64,000 nucleotides of DNA from a bacterium (GTDB taxonomy: Bacteria; Babelota; Babeliae; Babelales; UBA12409): positions 142,448 to 206,447 of the forward strand of contig JABJKG010000006.1 of assembly GCA_018660415.1 (NCBI GenBank), given 5' to 3'. This document shows positions 58,887 to 64,000 of the stretch, one piece after another. Under the pieces are notes generated by a model. It was not told the DNA's origin. It did not search any database and worked only from the letters and a program-made list of their open reading frames with translations. Made by a program: the position numbers and the translations under genes. Each line of letters opens with the position of its first letter. Position 1 is the stretch's first letter.

Positions 58887-59807
58887 TTATTCTTCTTTTT
58901 TAATCATTTTATTGATGGGGTGCATAGTATCATAAATACGAACTAAATGAGGCGTAGAGACATGGGTATACTTTTCCGTACTGGATAATGTTTTATGGCC
59001 CAATAGTTCTTGGACTACCCGTAAGTCTACCCCTTGATTTAGAAGATGAGTAGCAAAAGTATGACGAATTTTGTGTGGAGTGATTTTCCGTTCAATCTTT
59101 AAGAATTTCCTAAACATTTCTATGATTCTTTGTATCGCTCGAGAGCTCATGGGTTCAAGTCTATTATTGAGGAAAAATTTTTCTTGAGGACTTTGCGGTT
59201 TAATACGCTCGTCTTTTAAGTATATCATTGCTTGTTGTTTGGCTTTTTCTCCAAACAAGACGATTCGTTCTTTTGAACCCTTTCCTTTGATGAGAATGGT
59301 TTTTTCATCAAAGTCTAAGTCTTCCATTCCGATATTGATAAGTTCGGAGCACCGAATGCCAGTAGCATAAAGAAACTCGAGGATAGTTTTGTCTCGTTCA
59401 GGGTGCTGAGATGGAAGATCTTTAGTTTTGACCTTATCGAGTAAGTGGAATATTTCATCAACACTAAGAAATACCGGTAGCTTCCTATCAATTTTAGGTC
59501 TCTGCAATGATAATTTTAAATCTATACCTTGTGTTAATAAAAACTTTTCAAATGAGTTAAGGCATGAAATTTTTCTAGCAATAGAGCTTTTACTAATGTT
59601 TTGAGTATAAAAATGTACAAAGAATCGATCTAGAACTGTTTTGAAGAGTTGTTTCTTCTTACTTGTTTTTTGTAGATGCTTCCAAAATGTACTGAATTGC
59701 TTAAGGTCGAGTTGATAAGATTTAAGGGTATTATTGGATACGCCTTTTTCTACATCCATGTAGACAATGAATTCTTCACATCGCTCACTAAATTCTGCCA
59801 GATTCAT
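58887..59807 (-). CDS. Tyrosine site-specific recombinase, XerC/XerD family
   Basis: It has an SAM-like N-domain. The catalytic residues are in ATGIRCSEL, HKIRHTFATHLL, LLGHKTLSSTEKYTHV. Confidence 0.85.
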   Translation of the reverse strand: MNLAEFSERCEEFIVYMDVEKGVSNNTLKSYQLDLKQFSTFWKHLQKTSKKKQLFKTVLDRFFVHFYTQNISKSSIARKISCLNSFEKFLLTQGIDLKLSLQRPKIDRKLPVFLSVDEIFHLLDKVKTKDLPSQHPERDKTILEFLYATGIRCSELINIGMEDLDFDEKTILIKGKGSKERIVLFGEKAKQQAMIYLKDERIKPQSPQEKFFLNNRLEPMSSRAIQRIIEMFRKFLKIERKITPHKIRHTFATHLLNQGVDLRVVQELLGHKTLSSTEKYTHVSTPHLVRIYDTMHPINKMIKKEE

Positions 59808-59821
59808 GAGCCACCCTTTTT

Positions 59822-62539
59822 TTAGTTAAGTTTATATATTTTACATCGTCGACTTACTGACGATCTGTTTACTCCTAAGAATGTAGCAATTTTATTCTGA
59901 TTTTTAAATTTATTCCATAAAAGAGTCATAATTTGTGGGTCACGGAGCGCATGTTTCCCAAGCTGTGCCGCTTGGATGAGTTGAGGATCAGCAGTATCGT
60001 AGGAGTGATCTACAATAGTTTCATACGACAATTCATTCTTTTTGGATTTCAAGGTGAGAATGTTTTTAATTTTTTGTTGTAGTTCGGTGATACTGACGGG
60101 CTTACTTTGGATTAATTTTTGTTTTTCCCTATCAGTCAGTTCTAGCAATGAATGAAACTCTTTAGTTTTGATAGCTTGATCAGTGAGTTTATCTGTGAGC
60201 TGAATGAGTTCTTCTTCTGGTAAGGAGAGTAGTGATGGAAGAGACGCTGTAGCCTGTTGCAGTTCTTCGTACAATAGAGGAGAAAATTTGTTTTCTTTTA
60301 CTAGGGTTGCCAAATCCTGGTTAGTTGAACAAATAATACGGGTATTGCTGGTATAGTTTTTAACACTATGAAGGGCAGTATAGATATTATATTTAATAAA
60401 GTTTGCCAAGCGCTTTTGATTTTCAAGATCGAGAAGGTGAATGTTTTTGATAAATAAGGTTCCATCATCAAGTTTTTGTAATAAAGGGCGTTCTTGAGAG
60501 GCTTTACCCATGAGGTGGGTATTCATACCAAATAGTTTAACGCTGGTATCAACACTCTTGGTAGTTGATTGGATTTCTAAAATATGTAAATGTTGGCGTA
60601 AACTAATATGATGGAATATTTCTACTGTTGGTACCAAATCACTATCAGGGATATTAAGCAGGATAGCCTTCTTGGTTAAAGCAAGCTTTAAAAGAGATAT
60701 TTTGAAGTTAAGAATAACTTCACCAGTACCAGGGAATAGTTGATTAATAAGTTTACCGCTTTTAGTGGTTTCGAGATATAAGAGATAATCCCAATTAGAA
60801 GGATCTTTTAAAGCATCTATCTGAGATTTTATAATATCGGCAATCTGGGGGTAGTAAACAGCAATGATAGTGTTTTTAGAGTCAAGGTTAGGTAAACAAT
60901 TGAGAACTAAAGAGTTTCCATCAGAATCAGTAGTGGTTGCTATTTGTGGAGTTTTATACTCTTCTACACGCGATACAATCTTGACAAACTCTTTGGTTAA
61001 CTCATTTCCCTTTTGTAGGTTGAGGTTGATTTTAACCAGTTCTTTGGCGTCTTGGTTGCCGAAAGTAAATTTATGGTTTTTATAAAAAATAATACCAATT
61101 TTTCTTTGGAGCTTATCTTTTAAGAATAGTCTAATACTTTCTTTGTATTGATTGTTTTCTTGATGTTTAAAGAAAAGAGCTTCTTTTAATGCTTTTTCTT
61201 TTTCAATGAGTATGTCTAGATTTCTATTTTGTAGGAGATAAATAATATTGCTGATGTAGCTACCAAATACTACCAATTCATCTCGTTCTGTGTCCGTATA
61301 GAGTTTCTGTTTACGGGCATCAGGCTCAATGATAATATATGCAAGAATTTTTTCTTGGTGGAATATTGGTAAGAAAATGTCAGCATCAATTTCTTCTAAG
61401 AACGTCAGTATAGTTTGTGATAAATGATTAGAGTTGTAGAAATTGCTAAATTCAATTTCATCTTTGATGAGAATTTTATTTTTGATCAAATATTCTAAAA
61501 TATCATTTTTTTCTTCATTGCGTTCAATGAAAGTTTCAACCTTATTGAGTTGAGGGTATTCGTGACTATCTCCACGCATTTGGCGTGTGAAAATTTGAGT
61601 TTTTCTAGAGTTGATATTGAGAGCTTCTTTGAAAAATATTTTAGTAATATGAGATATTTCACCAATTTCTGTTACTTTACTGAGTTGTTCAAGAACGACC
61701 TTGAAGTCGTTAATTAAGCTGAGTCTTTTAGGAGCTTCTACATGGCTTTTTAAATTTAAGAATCTTAATAGTATGATTTTTTTAGTACAGAACCAAATAG
61801 TCGCTGTAAGAAAAACTGATTGGAAGAAAATCAGTATATAGCTATCGAGTATATATTCTGTGACTAGCGATGAAGGATTTATTATCGGATAGATTTGGGC
61901 TAAAACAAAAAACATGTGCGGAGTCAATAATAGCCCAGTAATGATGGTAAGTTGTTTCTTTAAAATTTTTGGTATATCGCAATGGTTGGATGCAAGTTTA
62001 AATAACGTAATGATGAGAGTTATGCCCATAAGAGCGGTAGTATAAATAACAGCAGTTTTAAGGATGTTTTGGAAGGGCATAGAATGCATGTCTACTAAAT
62101 AAGTTGCAAATGCACTTATCAGAAAATAACCACTAAATGGAATCCCAATAGCAACGGCTACTTTATAAGGACGAGATATTTTATAATCTTGATAAAATAG
62201 GCAGGTTATCAAAAGGCTTATCGATTGCATTTGTACGATAAATAAGAACCATGCTATACGTTTAAAGACTTCAAATGCTTGCTCACTACAAACTTCTATA
62301 GCCATTGTATTTAAAAAATATTCCCTAATTATTTTGATAAGCCACGTCGCTTCTTCGGTTATAGCGCCGAGAAGTATTCCAAGTAAAAACAATAAAGGTA
62401 TAGCTCTTTTTCCTTGTCCCAGATAGAACTCTCGAATTAGAAAAAAGAAGATATACAATTTAATTGGAATTGTAACAGCATAAATAGCAGGGAGTGCCAT
62501 TTTGTGTGTAATAAAAAATGTAGTTAAGGTTGTAAGCAT
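59822..62539 (-). CDS. Polytopic membrane protein fused to a putative GAF-like region, a degenerate sigma54-activator-type AAA+ domain and a C-terminal Fis-type HTH
   Basis: Roughly 260 aa of hydrophobic helices at the N-terminus are followed by a central region ending ILAYIIIEPDARKQKLYTDTERDELVVFGSYISNIIYLLQ. Next comes an EBP-like block: KLFGMNTHLMGKASQERPLLQKLDDGTLFIKNIHLLDLENQKRLANFI ... TRIICSTNQDLATLVKENKFSPLLYEEL ... LPSLLSLPEEE. The C-terminus reads KIATFLGVNRSSVSRRCKIYKL. Confidence 0.6.
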   Translation of the reverse strand: MLTTLTTFFITHKMALPAIYAVTIPIKLYIFFFLIREFYLGQGKRAIPLLFLLGILLGAITEEATWLIKIIREYFLNTMAIEVCSEQAFEVFKRIAWFLFIVQMQSISLLITCLFYQDYKISRPYKVAVAIGIPFSGYFLISAFATYLVDMHSMPFQNILKTAVIYTTALMGITLIITLFKLASNHCDIPKILKKQLTIITGLLLTPHMFFVLAQIYPIINPSSLVTEYILDSYILIFFQSVFLTATIWFCTKKIILLRFLNLKSHVEAPKRLSLINDFKVVLEQLSKVTEIGEISHITKIFFKEALNINSRKTQIFTRQMRGDSHEYPQLNKVETFIERNEEKNDILEYLIKNKILIKDEIEFSNFYNSNHLSQTILTFLEEIDADIFLPIFHQEKILAYIIIEPDARKQKLYTDTERDELVVFGSYISNIIYLLQNRNLDILIEKEKALKEALFFKHQENNQYKESIRLFLKDKLQRKIGIIFYKNHKFTFGNQDAKELVKINLNLQKGNELTKEFVKIVSRVEEYKTPQIATTTDSDGNSLVLNCLPNLDSKNTIIAVYYPQIADIIKSQIDALKDPSNWDYLLYLETTKSGKLINQLFPGTGEVILNFKISLLKLALTKKAILLNIPDSDLVPTVEIFHHISLRQHLHILEIQSTTKSVDTSVKLFGMNTHLMGKASQERPLLQKLDDGTLFIKNIHLLDLENQKRLANFIKYNIYTALHSVKNYTSNTRIICSTNQDLATLVKENKFSPLLYEELQQATASLPSLLSLPEEELIQLTDKLTDQAIKTKEFHSLLELTDREKQKLIQSKPVSITELQQKIKNILTLKSKKNELSYETIVDHSYDTADPQLIQAAQLGKHALRDPQIMTLLWNKFKNQNKIATFLGVNRSSVSRRCKIYKLN

Positions 62540-62631
62540 GCTTATTAATTGACTTTTAATGTGTTTCTTATTAGGCTTTTGTTATAAGAATTAACTTTAC
62601 ATTAAATTCATTAAAACTCAAGGATTGTGTT

Positions 62632-62826
62632 ATGTTTAAACTCAAGAGCATTTCACTAGTGGCAGCAGTTTTGTTGCTTACTGTATTAGAAACGGTTTCC
62701 TTTTCAATAGTTCCACCTCCTCCTACAAGACAACTATCAGAAAGTGTCCCTCCTATACCAGCACCACAAAAATTTTCTGAAGAAGTTCCACCACCACCTT
62801 CTGGAAGAAACGTAGAAAGTCTCTAA
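62632..62826 (+). CDS. Small secreted proline-rich protein
   Basis: The 64-aa protein has the signal segment MFKLKSISLVAAVLLLTVLETVS. This is followed by three proline motifs: IVPPPPT, SVPPIPAP and EVPPPPS. Confidence 0.4.
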   Translation: MFKLKSISLVAAVLLLTVLETVSFSIVPPPPTRQLSESVPPIPAPQKFSEEVPPPPSGRNVESL

Positions 62827-62833
62827 TAGACTT

Positions 62834-63451
62834 GTGAGAAATAGAGCTATTATTGCGTTAGATACTCTTCGTAAAATAACGCACAACATGCCATGCACAA
62901 TGATGAGTTCTATAATTGATACATATGGCAAAAATCCTTTTTTGATTTTAATAAGCTGTATTTTGAGTCTTCGATCAAGAGATGCAAAAACCTTGTCTGT
63001 GTGTGTTGATCTGTTTGCTAAAGCTATTACTCCCGAAGAGTTATTAGCACTTCCTCCCTCCCAATTAGAATCTATTCTTTATCCTATTGGTTTTTATAAG
63101 CAAAAAACTCAAACCTTGAGACATGTGAGTGCTGAGCTCATTAAGAGATTTAATGGAAAAGTTCCTCAAACTGAAGAGGATCTCTTATCTATCAAGGGCG
63201 TTGGTAGAAAAACGTCCGCCTTGGTTTTATCTTCGGCTTTTGATATTCCCGCAATCTGTGTAGATGTACACGTCCATAGGATTGCTAATTTACTGGGTAT
63301 TGTACACACAATGACCCCACATCAAACGGAAATGGAGCTTATGAGGTTACTCCCTAAAAAATACTGGCACGAGTGTAACTCGCTATTTGTGATGTTTGGG
63401 CAGAATGTAAAGCCCAAGGATATTGTTTCAATATTCAATCAAAATAAATAG
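62834..63451 (+). CDS. Endonuclease III-like HhH-GPD DNA glycosylase without the C-terminal Fe-S cluster loop
   Basis: It has the HhH motif LLSIKGVGRKTSALVL, with the Lys aligned to the Nth catalytic Lys, and VDVHVHRI, with the catalytic Asp. The protein ends at FVMFGQNVKPKD... without the Cx6Cx2Cx5C motif. It starts at a GTG. Confidence 0.7.
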   Translation: MRNRAIIALDTLRKITHNMPCTMMSSIIDTYGKNPFLILISCILSLRSRDAKTLSVCVDLFAKAITPEELLALPPSQLESILYPIGFYKQKTQTLRHVSAELIKRFNGKVPQTEEDLLSIKGVGRKTSALVLSSAFDIPAICVDVHVHRIANLLGIVHTMTPHQTEMELMRLLPKKYWHECNSLFVMFGQNVKPKDIVSIFNQNK

Positions 63452-63487
63452 AAACGCCTTACTTAGAACAACAAGACGTTTCTATTT
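63446..63487. terminator. Hairpin between convergent genes
   Basis: An 11-bp stem, AAATAGAAACG ... CGTTTCTATTT, encloses a 20-nt loop. Confidence 0.5.
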
Positions 63488-63506
63488 ATTGAATTTCAAA
63501 AGCTAG

Positions 63507-64000
63507 TTATTTCGCTTTTTTCATGATACGACGTTTTTTCATAGGACGTCTTTTAGGAGCAGCTTTTTTAGCTACTTTGCGTTTCTTAGGAGCCGCTTTT
63601 TTAGCCACTTTGCGCTTTTTAGGAGCCGCTTTTTTAGCTACTTTGCGTTTCTTAGGAGCAGCTTTTTTAGCTACTTTACGCTTTTTAGGAGCCGCTTTTT
63701 TAGCCACTTTGCGCTTTTTAGGAGCAGCTTTTTTAGCTACTTTGCGCTTCTTAGGAGCCGCTTTTTTAGCCACTTTGCGTTTCTTAGGAGCCGCTTTTTT
63801 AACTACACGCTTTTTAGTAGCTTTTTTAACTACACGTTTTTTAGCAACAGCCTTTTTAACTACACGCTTTTTAGCAGCCTTCTTAACTACACGCTTTTTG
63901 ACAGCTTTTTTAACTACCTTTTTAGCAGCAGCCTTTTTAACTACACGCTTTTTGACAGCTTTTTTAACTACACGCTTTTTAGCAGCAGCCTTTTTAACTA
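63507..64000 (-). CDS. Histone H1-like Lys/Ala/Arg-rich tandem-repeat protein (5' end beyond the window)
   Basis: The frame stays open to the window edge. The 88-aa tracked ORF starts at an internal GTG that is really a Val codon. The sequence is ...VKKAAAKKRVVKKAVKKRVVKK... followed by at least 7 copies of KKAAPKKRKVA, ending RRPMKKRRIMKKAK. Confidence 0.8.
   Translation of the reverse strand, partial: VKKAAAKKRVVKKAVKKRVVKKAAAKKVVKKAVKKRVVKKAAKKRVVKKAVAKKRVVKKATKKRVVKKAAPKKRKVAKKAAPKKRKVAKKAAPKKRKVAKKAAPKKRKVAKKAAPKKRKVAKKAAPKKRKVAKKAAPKKRKVAKKAAPKRRPMKKRRIMKKAK
63540..64000. repeat. In-frame tandem nucleotide repeats (33-nt period, then a related unit of about 33-36 nt)
   Basis: The unit ttttttagc.actttgcg.tt.ttaggagc.gc is iterated. 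The copies differ mainly by synonymous swaps, such as AAG AAA CGC versus AAA AAG CGC. Confidence 0.9.

Noticed and set aside
58887-59807. Tyrosine recombinase as the integrase of a mobile element
   Set aside because: The sequence fits the housekeeping XerC/XerD pattern. It sits between mrdA and a chromosomal regulator, and I could find no flanking direct repeats, tRNA target, or phage or plasmid genes.
63540-64000. CRISPR-like regular 33-nt periodicity
   Set aside because: The repeats are contiguous with no unique spacers. They sit in an open reading frame encoding KKAAPKKRKVA units, so this is a coding tandem repeat and not a CRISPR array.

Overview
This is an AT-rich, gene-dense bacterial chromosome segment with about 65 protein genes, 4 tRNAs that all encode their CCA ends, and a small SRP RNA. 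Most genes are housekeeping: gap, nfo, sbcC, dnaJ, tilS, gyrB, tadA, rpsI, sod, lysS, recJ, cmk, lon, rpsB, dnaX, der, hpf, cca, a tolQ-tolR-tolA-like-tolB cluster, ftsH, rpmB, rpsT, mrdA and a Xer recombinase. Between them lie islands of small signal-peptide proteins that occur as tandem paralogs (8.2-11.0 kb, 25.1-28.6 kb, 45.3-46.4 kb). Three features point to an obligate intracellular, energy-parasitic bacterium (Dependentiae/TM6-, Chlamydiae- or Rickettsiales-like): three tandem ATP/ADP-translocase-like (NTT/Tlc) genes, a histone-H1-like Lys/Ala repeat protein at the right edge, and many Lys/Ala/Pro-rich tails. The lineage is inference only and cannot be fixed from this window. I found no CRISPR array, IS/transposase, prophage, toxin-antitoxin pair or recognisable defence system, and I cannot honestly claim a clearly novel multi-gene system. 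The observations most worth a second look are listed below.
- A 905-aa polytopic membrane protein is fused to a sigma54-activator-like AAA+ domain in which Walker A, Walker B and GAFTGA all appear degenerate, followed by a Fis-type HTH.
- An A9 run in dnaX is placed so that a -1 shift terminates after two codons, giving a gamma-like product.
- The secreted two-hydrophobic-lobe (glycine-zipper or Inc-like) paralog families.
- The triple NTT array.
- The H1-like repeat protein.
- A 570-bp ORF-free gap between rpsI and ftsB that probably holds an unidentified structured RNA.
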